From Vicinamibacterales bacterium (GTDB taxonomy: Bacteria > Acidobacteriota > Vicinamibacteria > Vicinamibacterales > UBA8438): a stretch of DNA of 64,000 nucleotides. This document shows positions 34,027-43,539 of this stretch, one piece after another; position 1 is the first letter of the stretch, and the number at the start of each line of letters is the position of its first letter. The notes beneath the pieces were generated by a model. That model had not been told where the DNA came from and did no database searches. It saw nothing but the letters and a program-made list of their open reading frames with translations. The position numbers and the translations under genes are program-made. The stretch covers positions 876,182 through 940,181 of the forward strand of contig OZ241896.1 in NCBI GenBank assembly GCA_965203565.1, in the 5' to 3' direction.

Positions 34027-35793
34027 TCAATAGGCCGGGCGCAAGTACCGTTCGCCGCTCCACTCCGGAACCTGCTGGTTCTGTTTCAGACGCATCCGCT
34101 GAACTTGCAGGGCCGAGTAGCAGTTGTCCAGATCAGCCACGGGCTGCACGACGCCCGGCAGGCTCGCCGACGCCTCCAGCGTGAAACGGTCGGCTATCGG
34201 TTGCTGCATGGCGTCCCGGTACGCAGCTTTCCACCAATTCAGAATTCGGTCCTGCGCGAAACGCAGCAACCGATCGGCGGGCAGCCGGTCGCGTTTCTCG
34301 TTTTGATTGACCGCTCGGTGGGCGGGCATCAGGTTCCAGAGATCCCCGCACGGCCAGATCGTCCACGGAAAGCAATGATCGATGTCGAGAGCGCCTTCCG
34401 ACAGCCGCTTGCCGCTCCACACGCAATGGAGAGGGCCTGCAGCGAGCAGACGTTCCGCCTGCGCCCGTGCGATGCTCACGTCGCGCGTCGGCTCCGACCA
34501 GGTCATGGCGGCCGCCATCCGGGCATCGTCTATCGAGCGGCCCTGCCGCTCGCCGTACGATTTCATCAACCGAACCCACTCCGCGATCAATGCGGGTTCT
34601 ATCCAGGCGCTGAAGCGTTGAACAGCCGCCCACAGGCGCTCGGGCACATGCATCGAACCGAAGCTGGCGAGGTATTCCTCGTCCAGTCTGACATGCGCGG
34701 GCCGGCCGGCGGCAGGTCTGTTCGTCGGACCGTGAACGGAGAGGATCGGCCGTGCGCTGTTGGGGTAGGTCATATATCGTGCGGGCATCGTCGCGATGGT
34801 CCGGGATGCGTCCTTGACGGCTTGATGGAGTGCGGCGGCGGCGGTTCCGGAGAACTGCATGCCGACCCGAAGATCGTGGTCTGACGTCGCGTCGAGCTTC
34901 CGGAAGGCGCTCTTGGCGAAGCCCAAGCGGTCGTAGCCGCGGTTGGTCGGGCTCTGAGGCAGGTCCGCACGCAGCAACGGCTTGTAGAGGCGAATCCACG
35001 TCAGGGCGACCAACCCCATCGGTACGGCGATCTGGTCGCCGTCGTCCGCCTGCGAAAGGCCTGCGGCTCCGTCCGCAATGCGGCAGAGCACGCGGAGCAG
35101 CGCCAGCTTGTAAGTGGAGTTCTTGTCGTCGTTGAGCGTGACGTGACGGAGCAGCGGCAACGCCCCGGCGCCGTCGTCCGGCAGACGGACGGCGATCTGC
35201 GTCCAGCGGATCTCGCGCCTGCCCGCCGCGTCGTCGTTCATAGTCTCGCGTTCGATGAACGCTCCGTGGTCCCGGGCGAGCTTCCGGATCTCCTCGGCGG
35301 ACACCGAATGGAATCCGCGTCCTTCTTCGGCCGGACCGCGCTTCAGCGTGACTGCGAGAAGACCGCCCGGCTTGAGGATGGTCATCAGCTTCCGGAACGC
35401 CCTTGCCCGGTCGGTGGGCGCGACATGCATCCAGACTGCGCTGAGCAGGATGACGTCGAAGGAGAGGCCGCTCCGGAACGTGCGTGCGAGAGCGGGCAGC
35501 GAATCGGCGATCCACTGGATCGGACGCTCCGCATGCCGTTCTCGGGCCATTACCAGCATGCGGGACGCCGGTTCGACCGCTACGACTTCGTACCCCCTGT
35601 CCGACAGCCACGCCGCATCGCGGCCGCTGCCGGCGCCTACGTCAAGGATGGCCGCTGGCGCGGACGGCAGAAGGTCGGTCAGCCAGCCGTGCACTCGCTC
35701 GGACGACACTGCTTCGTATCGTTCCGATATCCGACCGGCGTTGGCGTCGTACCAGGATGTCGTCGCGGCCATGCCAGGCTCGTGTGGAGCCAT
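34027..35793 (-). CDS. Fusion protein: class-I SAM methyltransferase + helical/winged-helix-like middle region + C-terminal HNH nuclease
   Basis: Single 588-aa ORF. ILDVGAGSGRDAAWL, ILLSAVWMHV and LKPGGLL indicate an MTase. STYKLALLRVLCRIADG...LYKPLL forms the middle region. LDIDHCFPWTIWPCGDLWNLMPAHRAVNQNEKRD (aa ~468-502, nt ~34280-34430) is the HNH motif. Confidence 0.75.
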   Translation of the reverse strand: MAPHEPGMAATTSWYDANAGRISERYEAVSSERVHGWLTDLLPSAPAAILDVGAGSGRDAAWLSDRGYEVVAVEPASRMLVMARERHAERPIQWIADSLPALARTFRSGLSFDVILLSAVWMHVAPTDRARAFRKLMTILKPGGLLAVTLKRGPAEEGRGFHSVSAEEIRKLARDHGAFIERETMNDDAAGRREIRWTQIAVRLPDDGAGALPLLRHVTLNDDKNSTYKLALLRVLCRIADGAAGLSQADDGDQIAVPMGLVALTWIRLYKPLLRADLPQSPTNRGYDRLGFAKSAFRKLDATSDHDLRVGMQFSGTAAAALHQAVKDASRTIATMPARYMTYPNSARPILSVHGPTNRPAAGRPAHVRLDEEYLASFGSMHVPERLWAAVQRFSAWIEPALIAEWVRLMKSYGERQGRSIDDARMAAAMTWSEPTRDVSIARAQAERLLAAGPLHCVWSGKRLSEGALDIDHCFPWTIWPCGDLWNLMPAHRAVNQNEKRDRLPADRLLRFAQDRILNWWKAAYRDAMQQPIADRFTLEASASLPGVVQPVADLDNCYSALQVQRMRLKQNQQVPEWSGERYLRPAY

Positions 35794-35883
35794 GGCATCG
35801 TAGGTGCTTCCGTCAGCCGCGTCAACAATTGCGGGGATCGGATTTCCACCGAGAGTCGTTCGACGGTCGATGTACCCGTTTGG

Positions 35884-37038
35884 TCATGTGAAAACCGCTT
35901 CCGGTTCGATACCCACCGCGGCCAGCAGGGCGAGTCGGCCGGCCTCGCAGATGCGGTCCTTCCGCCAGATGTCTTCGATCATCTCCATCTCTCCCAGGAG
36001 CAGGAGCGTTTCGCCGATCTGCTCTTCCAGATTCCTCAGCCGGTCGAGGATCTTTTGCCGGACCTCCAGCGTGAACGGACCGAACACCCGCGTTCCGTCG
36101 TCTCGGCGCTTCGCCCTCCCGTCGCGGCGGACGGGGAGGCGGTTGCGGTTGTCCTCGCGCAGCTCCAGCAGCCACTCCCGGAAGTCGGCCAGCGCCTCCA
36201 GCTTGTCTTCGTCCTCGTGGCCGGCGTCGATCAGGCCGCGCATGCTCTTGTCCTTCTGCACGACGGTGCAGGTCCAGCAGCCGAAGCGGGGCGACGTGGT
36301 TCCGCAGGAAGGGGCGTCCTCCTTGCTCAGCACCAGCGGGCATTCGCCGCCGCCGGCGTTGCGGTAGAGCGTCATCAGGTCGCGGTGCGAACCGCCCCAC
36401 GGCGGCCGGCGCTGCATCAGGATCTTCCAGACGTCGTCGTCGCCCAGGTCGGCGAGCGGCGCGAACATGCGGCAGTGCTCTATCGCGTCGTGCGGGTTCA
36501 TCCCGGTCGCGGTGACGCCGCGCCGGTCCATCGCGCGCCCCCGATGTTGCGACTCGCTCCGGCGCGTGCCGATCAGCAGCACGGCGCGGCCGTGGGTCAG
36601 GACCAGCCGTTCGATCAGGCGGTTGGTCGGGAGGATCTTCATCCGGTCGGTGCACCAGCGGAAGTTGCGCGTCGGGGGGATGTACCCCCGGCCGATCACG
36701 TTGACCCAGAACGTCTGGTCGATGCACGGCTCGGTGATCTTCACGGTGACCGGCAGACCGGCGGCGCGGGCGGCGGCGCGGATGACGTCGAGACTCCGCC
36801 GCAGGTGGCCGATGACCAGCGGCGATTCGACCAGGGTGTCGTTGGAGACGACGTAGATCGGCCGGCGGCGCTCGGATCCGGCCGCCGCCGCGGCCTCCCA
36901 GACGAGCTGCAGGAGGAGCGTCGAATCCTTGCCGCCGGAATAGGCGACGATCCAGGGCTCGGCGTCGTCCCGGGTGAACTCGGTCCGGATCGTGTCGCGG
37001 ACCGCGGCCAGGCGTGCCGGCAGATCGCTGATGCTCAT
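35884..37038 (-). CDS. dndC: DndC/SspD-family PP-loop ATP pyrophosphatase (DNA phosphorothioation sulfurtransferase-like)
   Basis: [17 protein letters not shown] (PP-loop), [33 protein letters not shown] cysteine cluster. The start overlaps the dndA stop by 4 nt. Confidence 0.8.
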   Translation of the reverse strand: MSISDLPARLAAVRDTIRTEFTRDDAEPWIVAYSGGKDSTLLLQLVWEAAAAAGSERRRPIYVVSNDTLVESPLVIGHLRRSLDVIRAAARAAGLPVTVKITEPCIDQTFWVNVIGRGYIPPTRNFRWCTDRMKILPTNRLIERLVLTHGRAVLLIGTRRSESQHRGRAMDRRGVTATGMNPHDAIEHCRMFAPLADLGDDDVWKILMQRRPPWGGSHRDLMTLYRNAGGGECPLVLSKEDAPSCGTTSPRFGCWTCTVVQKDKSMRGLIDAGHEDEDKLEALADFREWLLELREDNRNRLPVRRDGRAKRRDDGTRVFGPFTLEVRQKILDRLRNLEEQIGETLLLLGEMEMIEDIWRKDRICEAGRLALLAAVGIEPEAVFT

Positions 37039-38303
37039 CGGGCGCGCACTCCTCGTTCAGGTTGCGGGGCTCCGGGAACATAGGAAGAGCAAGGCTCGTG
37101 CCACTCCGGAGAAAGTTCGCGCAACTCGGCGACCGCTTCGCGGACCCGGCGCGCGGCGTAATCGATCTCGTCCGCCGTCGTGAACCGGCCGAAGCTGAAC
37201 CGGACCGAGCTGTGGGCCGCGTCGTCGCCGAGACCGAGCGCGCGCAGCACGTGCGACGGTTCGACGCGCGCCGACGTGCAGGCCGATCCGGACGACAGGG
37301 CGACGTCCGGGAGCGCCATCATGAGCGACTCGCTCTCGACGCACGGGAAACGCAGGTTGACGATGCCGGGAACGGATTGCGTGCGGTCGCCGTTCACCGC
37401 GACCTGCGCGACGTCTCGAAGCCGGTCCAGGAAACGCCGCTCCAGGGCGGCGGCGCGCGCCGCCTCGCGGCCGAGCCGTGTGCGGATCAGCCGCGCCGCC
37501 TCGCCCATTCCGACGATCTGATGCGTCGGCAGCGTGCCTGAACGCAGTCCCCGCTCCTGTCCTCCGCCATGGATCTGCGGTTGCAGGTCCGCCTGTCGCC
37601 GCCGGCGGACGTAGAGGGCCCCCACGCCCTTCGGGCCGTACATCTTGTGTCCGCTGAGCGACACGAAGTCGGCGTGCTGGCGCTCCACGTCCAGGGGCAG
37701 GCGGGCGGCGCTCTGCGCGGCGTCGACGTGAAACGGGACGCCGCGGCCGCGCGCCGTCCGGCCGATCGTCTCGACGTCGGTGACGGCGCCGATCTCGTTG
37801 TTGACGTGCATCAGCGACAGCAGGATCGTGTCGTCGCGAAGAGCCGACAGCACCCGATCCGGCGAGATCAGGCCGTCGTTTCCCGGCTCGATGCGGGTGA
37901 TCTCGAAACCGCTGCGTTCAAGGCGCAGGCAGGGGTCGAGGACCGCCTTGTGCTCGATGGCCGAGGTGACGACGTGCGCGCCCCGGCCGGCTTGGGCGGC
38001 GACCCCCTTGATGGCGAGGTTGTTCGACTCGGTGGCGCCCGAGGTCCAGACGATCTCGCGCGGGTCGGCGTTGATCAGCTCCGCCACCTGGACGCGGGCC
38101 TGCTCGACCGCCTCCTCCGCCTCTCGGCCGAAGCTGTGCAGCCGCGACGCGGCGTTGCCGAACGCGCCGTCCGGCCCGAGGTAGCGGGTCATCGCCGCGA
38201 CGACGGCCGGGTCGGCCGGCGTGGTCGCCGCGTAGTCCAGGTAGACCGGCGTCTTCACCGAAAGGGCCTCGCGGCCCGCGGGACGGGCCGATCGGACCGG
38301 CAT
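37035..38303 (-). CDS. dndA: Cysteine desulfurase (IscS/DndA type)
   Basis: [33 protein letters not shown] (PLP Lys), SSGSACTS (active Cys). An alternative start is GTG 38258. Confidence 0.85.
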   Translation of the reverse strand: MPVRSARPAGREALSVKTPVYLDYAATTPADPAVVAAMTRYLGPDGAFGNAASRLHSFGREAEEAVEQARVQVAELINADPREIVWTSGATESNNLAIKGVAAQAGRGAHVVTSAIEHKAVLDPCLRLERSGFEITRIEPGNDGLISPDRVLSALRDDTILLSLMHVNNEIGAVTDVETIGRTARGRGVPFHVDAAQSAARLPLDVERQHADFVSLSGHKMYGPKGVGALYVRRRRQADLQPQIHGGGQERGLRSGTLPTHQIVGMGEAARLIRTRLGREAARAAALERRFLDRLRDVAQVAVNGDRTQSVPGIVNLRFPCVESESLMMALPDVALSSGSACTSARVEPSHVLRALGLGDDAAHSSVRFSFGRFTTADEIDYAARRVREAVAELRELSPEWHEPCSSYVPGAPQPERGVRAR

Positions 38304-38380
38304 CTTCGCGTAATGATACCCGGAACCGGCCGGGCGCCGGCGTCCCGGTGATACACTGAAATCGTGAAGCGCCTTCGACG

Positions 38381-39703
38381 ATGATCCGGGTTGTCGGCGG
38401 CGGGTTGGCCGGCTGCGAGGCGGCCTGGCGGATCGCCTCGCGCGGGTTGCCGGTCACGCTCCACGAGATGCGGCCGGTGCGGTCGACGCCGGTCCACAAG
38501 ACCGACCGCCTGGCCGAGCTGGTCTGCAGCAACTCGTTCCGCGGCGCGGCGATCGAGAACGCCGTCGGCCTGCTGAAGGAGGAGATGCGCCGGCTCGGCT
38601 CGCTGATCATGCGGGTGGCCGACGCGACGCGCGTGCCCGCGGGCGGAGCGCTGGCGGTCGACCGCGAACGCTTCGCCTGCGGCGTGACCGGCGCCATCGA
38701 GCGGCATCCCCTCGTCCGCGTCGTGCGCGAGGAAGTCCCCCGCATTCCCCCCGCCGAAGGCATCGAGTCGCCGGTCGTCATCGCCACCGGTCCGCTCACG
38801 TCCGAGGCCCTGTCGGCCGAGATCGCCGCGCTGGTCGGCCAGGACCACCTGTACTTCTACGACGCGATCAGCCCGGTGGTGTCGGCCGGGTCGATCGACC
38901 GGTCGAAGGCGTTCCGGGCGTCGCGGTGGGACGAATCGTCGGAAGGGGACTATCTCAACTGTCCGCTCGACCGAAAGGAGTACGAGAGGTTGCACGCCGC
39001 GCTGGCGGCGGCCGAGCTTGCGGAGGTGCGCGACTTCGACCGCGCGCGTTTCTTCGAAGGGTGCCTGCCGGTCGAGGTGATGGCCCGCCGCGGGCCGGAG
39101 ACGCTGCGTTTCGGCCCGATGAAACCGGTCGGGCTGACCGACCCGGCGACCGGCCGCCGCCCGTACGCCGTCGTGCAGTTGCGGCAGGACGACCTGGCGG
39201 CGGACCATTACAGCCTCGTCGGGTTCCAGACGCAGCTCAAGTGGGGCGAACAGCGTCGCGTGCTGCAAATGATCCCGGGTCTCGAACGGGGCGAGTTCGT
39301 GCGGTACGGCATGATTCACCGCAACACCTACGTCAACGCGCCGGCCGTGCTGCTCGACACCTGGCAGACGCGCGTGCGCCCCGATCTGCTGTTCGCGGGC
39401 CAGATGTCCGGCGTGGAGGGATACGTGGAGTCGGCCGCCTCGGGGCTGATGGCCGGCATCAACGCGGCGGCGCTGGCGCAGGGGCTTCCGGCGGCCGCCC
39501 CGCCCCGCACCACGGCGCTGGGCGCGCTGGCGCACTACGTCTCGCATGCCGCTCCGGCCGACTATCAGCCGACGAACATGACGTTCGGCCTGATTCCGCC
39601 GCCGGAGCGTCCGCCGCGCAGCCGCCGCGAGCGCCGGCGGAAGCTGGCCGAACGGGCGCTCTGCGATCTGGCGGGCTGGCGCGCCGCCGCGGCGCACGCG
39701 TGA
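38381..39703 (+). CDS. trmFO: Methylenetetrahydrofolate--tRNA-(uracil-5-)-methyltransferase
   Basis: [19 protein letters not shown]...[12 protein letters not shown]...[18 protein letters not shown]. Confidence 0.88.
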   Translation: MIRVVGGGLAGCEAAWRIASRGLPVTLHEMRPVRSTPVHKTDRLAELVCSNSFRGAAIENAVGLLKEEMRRLGSLIMRVADATRVPAGGALAVDRERFACGVTGAIERHPLVRVVREEVPRIPPAEGIESPVVIATGPLTSEALSAEIAALVGQDHLYFYDAISPVVSAGSIDRSKAFRASRWDESSEGDYLNCPLDRKEYERLHAALAAAELAEVRDFDRARFFEGCLPVEVMARRGPETLRFGPMKPVGLTDPATGRRPYAVVQLRQDDLAADHYSLVGFQTQLKWGEQRRVLQMIPGLERGEFVRYGMIHRNTYVNAPAVLLDTWQTRVRPDLLFAGQMSGVEGYVESAASGLMAGINAAALAQGLPAAAPPRTTALGALAHYVSHAAPADYQPTNMTFGLIPPPERPPRSRRERRRKLAERALCDLAGWRAAAAHA

Positions 39704-40617
39704 TGGAAGAACATCTCCAGTCGTTCCTCGAGTATCTGCGGTACAACCGCAACGCCTCGGCCCACACCGTGGCGGCGTACCGAAGCGACCTCTCGCAACT
39801 GCTGACGTTTCTCGGCGAGCGGGTGCGCCCGCGCCGCGTGCGGCCGGCCGATCTCGACCACCGCAGCATCCGGGCGTTCCTGGGCGAGCTGCACCGGCGC
39901 GGCGACTCGGGAGCCTCCTCCGCCCGGCGGCTGGCCGCCATACGGTCGTTCGGCCGCTATCTGCGCCGGAACGGGCGGATCGATCGGGATCCCGGCGCGA
40001 CGATCGCAGCGCCCCGCGTCCACCGCAGGATGCCCGCCCATCTCGACGTCGTCGAGATGCGGGAGCTGCTCGAATCGCCGGACGACGCGACGCCGCTCGG
40101 CCGGCGCGACCGCGCCATCCTGGAGCTGTTCTACGCGTCGGGCCTGCGCCTGAGCGAGCTCGTCGGCCTGAACCTCGAGGACGTCAACCTGCCGGACCGG
40201 ATGGTTCGCGTCCGCGGCAAGGGCGGCAAGCAGCGCATCCTGCCGTTCAACCGGACCGCGGCCGCCGCCATGCGCCGCTACCTCGAGGACCGGCGGGCGC
40301 TGCGGCCGCCGCCGGGCGCGCGGGCCGCGCGGGCCGTGGACGACGCGCTGTTCCTCAACTACCGCGGCGACCGGCTCTCGGCGCGCAGCGTCGACCGTCT
40401 CGTGCGCCGGTACGTCCTGCGGACGAGCGCGGCGACCGGCGTCAGCCCGCATGCGCTCAGGCATTCGTTCGCCACGCACCTGCTCGAGCGCGGCGCCGAC
40501 CTCCGCGCCATCCAGGAGCTGCTCGGCCACTCGCGGGTCAGTACGACCCAGCGCTACACCCACGTGAACGCCGCGCAACTGACCAAGCTGTACCGAGCGA
40601 CGCACCCGCGCGCGTAG
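39703..40617 (+). CDS. xerC: Tyrosine recombinase XerC/XerD family
   Basis: ATG 39703 overlaps the trmFO stop (TGATG). ..AHTVAAYRSDL.., RDRAILELFYASGLRLSELVGL, HALRHSFATHLL, LGHSRVSTTQRYTH. Confidence 0.85.
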   Translation: MEEHLQSFLEYLRYNRNASAHTVAAYRSDLSQLLTFLGERVRPRRVRPADLDHRSIRAFLGELHRRGDSGASSARRLAAIRSFGRYLRRNGRIDRDPGATIAAPRVHRRMPAHLDVVEMRELLESPDDATPLGRRDRAILELFYASGLRLSELVGLNLEDVNLPDRMVRVRGKGGKQRILPFNRTAAAAMRRYLEDRRALRPPPGARAARAVDDALFLNYRGDRLSARSVDRLVRRYVLRTSAATGVSPHALRHSFATHLLERGADLRAIQELLGHSRVSTTQRYTHVNAAQLTKLYRATHPRA

Positions 40618-40647
40618 CCGGCGGCGGCGAGAGGGGCGGCTGTCAGG

Positions 40648-42627
40648 TCAGCCGTCGTGCTTTCTGACCTGCTGCGCCAGCTCGTCGGCTTCCTGCTGGA
40701 GCGCTTCCCACTGGTTCATCAGGTCGCCGACCTCCCACATGAGGGTCTGGCGCCGGTCGATCCGCGCCTTTGCGCTCGCTTCGTCCCGGTAGAAGGCGGG
40801 GTCCGCCATGTCGGCCTCGAGGTCCCGCACCGACCGCTCGCGCTCGCCGATGCGGCGCTCCAGCTCCGCGACCCGGTCGCGCAGCGTCCGGAGCCGGCGC
40901 TCGAGACGGCGGGCGTCGCTTCGGAGCCGCCGATCCTCCGCACCCGGGCGGCGCTTCGCCGGCGGCGCGGGGCGGGGCGTCCGATCCGCCCGGCGGCGGT
41001 CCCGGGCCGCCGCCGGGCGCGACCGCTGCGCGACGCTCCACCGGAACTCTTCGTACGTCCCCGGGTACAGGACCGCGTCGCCGCCGCCGATCTCCAGCAC
41101 CCTGGTCGCGAGGCGATCGACGAAGTACCGGTCGTGGGAGACGAAAATCAGCGTGCCGCCGTAGTCGGACAGCGCGTCGAGGAGGACGTCGGTCGAGTCG
41201 ATGTCGAGGTGGTTCGTCGGCTCGTCGAGCAGGAGCGTGTTGGAGGGATGCAGCAGCATCCGGGCGACCGCGAGCCGCGTCCGCTCGCCTCCGGACAGCA
41301 CCCCCACCCGCTTGCGCACGTCGTCGCCTTCGAAGAGGAACCCGCCCAGGATGTTCCGGATGGCCGGGACCATCTCTATCGGCGAGTCGGACGCCAGCGT
41401 CTCGTGCACGGTCAGCGCCGGGTTCAGCCGGGCCGCTTCGTCCTGCGCGAAGTACTGCTTGACCACCTGCGGGCCTTCCACGCGCACGCCGCGGTCCGGC
41501 GCCTCCACGCCGCCCAGCAGGCGCATCAGCGTCGACTTGCCCGCGCCGTTCGGGCCCACGAGGGCGATGCGGTCGCCGCGCTCGACGTGCACGTTCACGC
41601 CGTCGAACACGCGCTGCGCGCCGTACGCCTTGCACGCGCCGCGCAGCTCCAGCACCGTCCGGCCGCTTCTGGCGCTCGGCGGGAAGGCGAAGCGGACGCG
41701 CTTCCGTTCGGGCGGCGCCTCGATCGGCGTGATCTTCTCGAGCATCTTCAGCCGGCTCTGGACCTGGGCGGCCTTCGTGGCCTGGTACCGGAAGCGGTCG
41801 ATGAACGTCCGCATGCGCGCGACCTCTTCGTCCTGGCGCTGCTTGCGGGCGCGGAGGCGCGCGAGACGCGCGTCGCGTTCGACCAGGTACGCGCTGTAGC
41901 CGCCCGGATAGGTGGTCAGCGTCCGGAGGTTGATCTCCGCGATCGACGTCACGACGCGGTCGAGGAAGAAACGGTCGTGCGAGACCAGCACGACCGCATG
42001 CGGATAGCCGACGAGGTAGTCCTCCAGCCAGTTGCGGGCTTCCAGATCGAGGTGGTTGGTCGGCTCGTCCATCAGCAGCAGTCCCGGCCTGCGCAGCAGC
42101 AGCTTCGCGAGGGCGATGCGCATCTGCCAGCCGCCGGAGAACTCCTCGGTGAGGCGCGGCAGGTCGGTTTCGGAGAAGCCGAGCCCGCGCAGGACCGCGG
42201 TCACCCGCGCCTCGACGTCCCAGCCGCCCTGATGCTGGAACGCGTCCTGCAACTCGGCGTAACGGGCGAGCATCGATTCGTGCTTCGCGGAATCGGCGTC
42301 GGACTCGCCCATGCGGACCTCGATCTCCTCCATCTCCGCCCGCAGGGCCAGCAGCTCGTGAAAGGCGGCGCACGTTTCTTCGAGCAGCGAGCGGCCGGCA
42401 TGGACGACGCCGTCCTGGGGCAGGTAGCCCACGGTCAGATCGGCCGGCCGCGCCACCGCGCCGGCGTCGGGCTGTTCGCGCCCGGCCATCAGCCGGAGCA
42501 GCGTCGTCTTGCCTGCGCCGTTCGGTCCGCACAGACCGACCCGCTCGCCCGGCCGCACCCGCCAGGTGACGTTTTCGAACAGCACGCGCGCGCCGAAGGC
42601 CTTGTGGATGGACGAGAGCTGCATCAT
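40648..42627 (-). CDS. ABC-F family ATPase (two ABC domains + C-terminal coiled coil)
   Basis: ATG 42627: MMQLSSIHKAFG... Motifs: GPNGAGKTTLL, LSGGWQMR, GPNGAGKSTLM, LSGGERTR. The N-terminal 49 aa of the track ORF are the translated MITE copy d. Confidence 0.88.
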   Translation of the reverse strand: MMQLSSIHKAFGARVLFENVTWRVRPGERVGLCGPNGAGKTTLLRLMAGREQPDAGAVARPADLTVGYLPQDGVVHAGRSLLEETCAAFHELLALRAEMEEIEVRMGESDADSAKHESMLARYAELQDAFQHQGGWDVEARVTAVLRGLGFSETDLPRLTEEFSGGWQMRIALAKLLLRRPGLLLMDEPTNHLDLEARNWLEDYLVGYPHAVVLVSHDRFFLDRVVTSIAEINLRTLTTYPGGYSAYLVERDARLARLRARKQRQDEEVARMRTFIDRFRYQATKAAQVQSRLKMLEKITPIEAPPERKRVRFAFPPSARSGRTVLELRGACKAYGAQRVFDGVNVHVERGDRIALVGPNGAGKSTLMRLLGGVEAPDRGVRVEGPQVVKQYFAQDEAARLNPALTVHETLASDSPIEMVPAIRNILGGFLFEGDDVRKRVGVLSGGERTRLAVARMLLHPSNTLLLDEPTNHLDIDSTDVLLDALSDYGGTLIFVSHDRYFVDRLATRVLEIGGGDAVLYPGTYEEFRWSVAQRSRPAAARDRRRADRTPRPAPPAKRRPGAEDRRLRSDARRLERRLRTLRDRVAELERRIGERERSVRDLEADMADPAFYRDEASAKARIDRRQTLMWEVGDLMNQWEALQQEADELAQQVRKHDG

Positions 42628-42675
42628 CGCGGCGGCGGCCGGACGCCGGTGATTCTGACACGCGGCGCGGCTCGA

Positions 42676-42833
42676 CAGCCCGTGGCGGAGGTCCCCGCTG
42701 CATTCGAGCGGCGATGCATCCCGCCTGACTGCGTTGTTCGTCGGTTGCGTATGCCCAATATGCGCCCTCCTCACGCCTTGTCAGCCGGGCGCCTCACCGC
42801 TCTCGGCGCGACGCGGGACTCCACCACGGGCTG
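42676..42833 (-). mobile_element. 158-bp MITE, copy d (reverse orientation), 49 nt upstream of the ABC-F start
   Basis: The reverse complement aligns over its full length with copies a-c and e. The flanks are TCGA (42672-42675) and TCCGA (42834-42838). Confidence 0.8.
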
Positions 42834-42915
42834 TCCGAGAGCGGGACCGGCAGACTTCCGCCGCCCTTCGTTCGTCATAAGCTATGACAGCCTCGCCGCC
42901 CCGGCGCAGGAGCCG

Positions 42916-43539
42916 ATGCACAAGACCGACGAGGAGCTGGTCCGGATAGCCTCGCGCGGCGACACCGACGCGTTCAACGAGCTGGTGGCGCGGTGGGAGC
43001 GCCCGATCTACGCGCTCGCCTGCCGCACGCTGGGACGGGACGAGGACGCCCGCGACGTCTGTCAGGAAGCGTTCCTGCGCGCGTTTCGCGGCCTCAAGCG
43101 GTTCAAGGGCGAGGCGAAGTTCTCGTCCTGGCTGTACCGGATCGCTCTCAACCTCTGTCACGACTGGCTCCGGCGCCACCGGCGCGTCGGGTTCGTCCAG
43201 CCGCCGGAGGACGGCGATCCGGGCGGCCGCGCCGCGGTGGATCCGATCAACGAAACCGCCGAGGACGTGATCGTCCGCCGCGATCTGAGCCGGGCGGTCG
43301 CGAAGGGGATGGCGATGCTGCCGCCCGAACAGCGGACGGCCATCGTGCTCAAGGAGTATCACGGCTTCACGTTCCGGGAAATCGCCGAACTCGAAGCGTG
43401 CCCGCTCAGCACGGTCAAGACCCGGTTGTACCAGGGACTGAGCGTACTGCGGAAGCACCTCGAGCGGGAAGGGGTGCGGGCGCCGCTGGCGGCCCGTTCA
43501 AGGTATTCTTCGTATCCGCGGCTGGCGCGGGAGTCCTGA
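42916..43539 (+). CDS. ECF (group IV) sigma-70 factor
   Basis: AGGAG before ATG 42916. DAFNELVARWERPIY..., FSSWLYRIALNLCHDWLRR (region 2), YHGFTFREIAELEACPLSTVKTRLYQG (region 4). Confidence 0.88.
   Translation: MHKTDEELVRIASRGDTDAFNELVARWERPIYALACRTLGRDEDARDVCQEAFLRAFRGLKRFKGEAKFSSWLYRIALNLCHDWLRRHRRVGFVQPPEDGDPGGRAAVDPINETAEDVIVRRDLSRAVAKGMAMLPPEQRTAIVLKEYHGFTFREIAELEACPLSTVKTRLYQGLSVLRKHLEREGVRAPLAARSRYSSYPRLARES

Noticed and set aside
39703-40617. xerC considered as the integrase of the Dnd-like island
   Set aside because: It is translationally coupled to trmFO in the widely conserved trmFO(gid)-xerC arrangement and has the high GC of the core genome. No att-like direct repeats flank the island; the weak similarity between 32893-32915 and 38362-38380 (CGCYTTCGA..) is too short to trust.
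40657-43539. 960-aa plus-strand ORF spanning the ABC-F locus
   Set aside because: The first ~750 aa are antisense to the ABC-F ATPase and low-complexity. Only the last 207 aa (from ATG 42916, with SD) form the ECF sigma factor.
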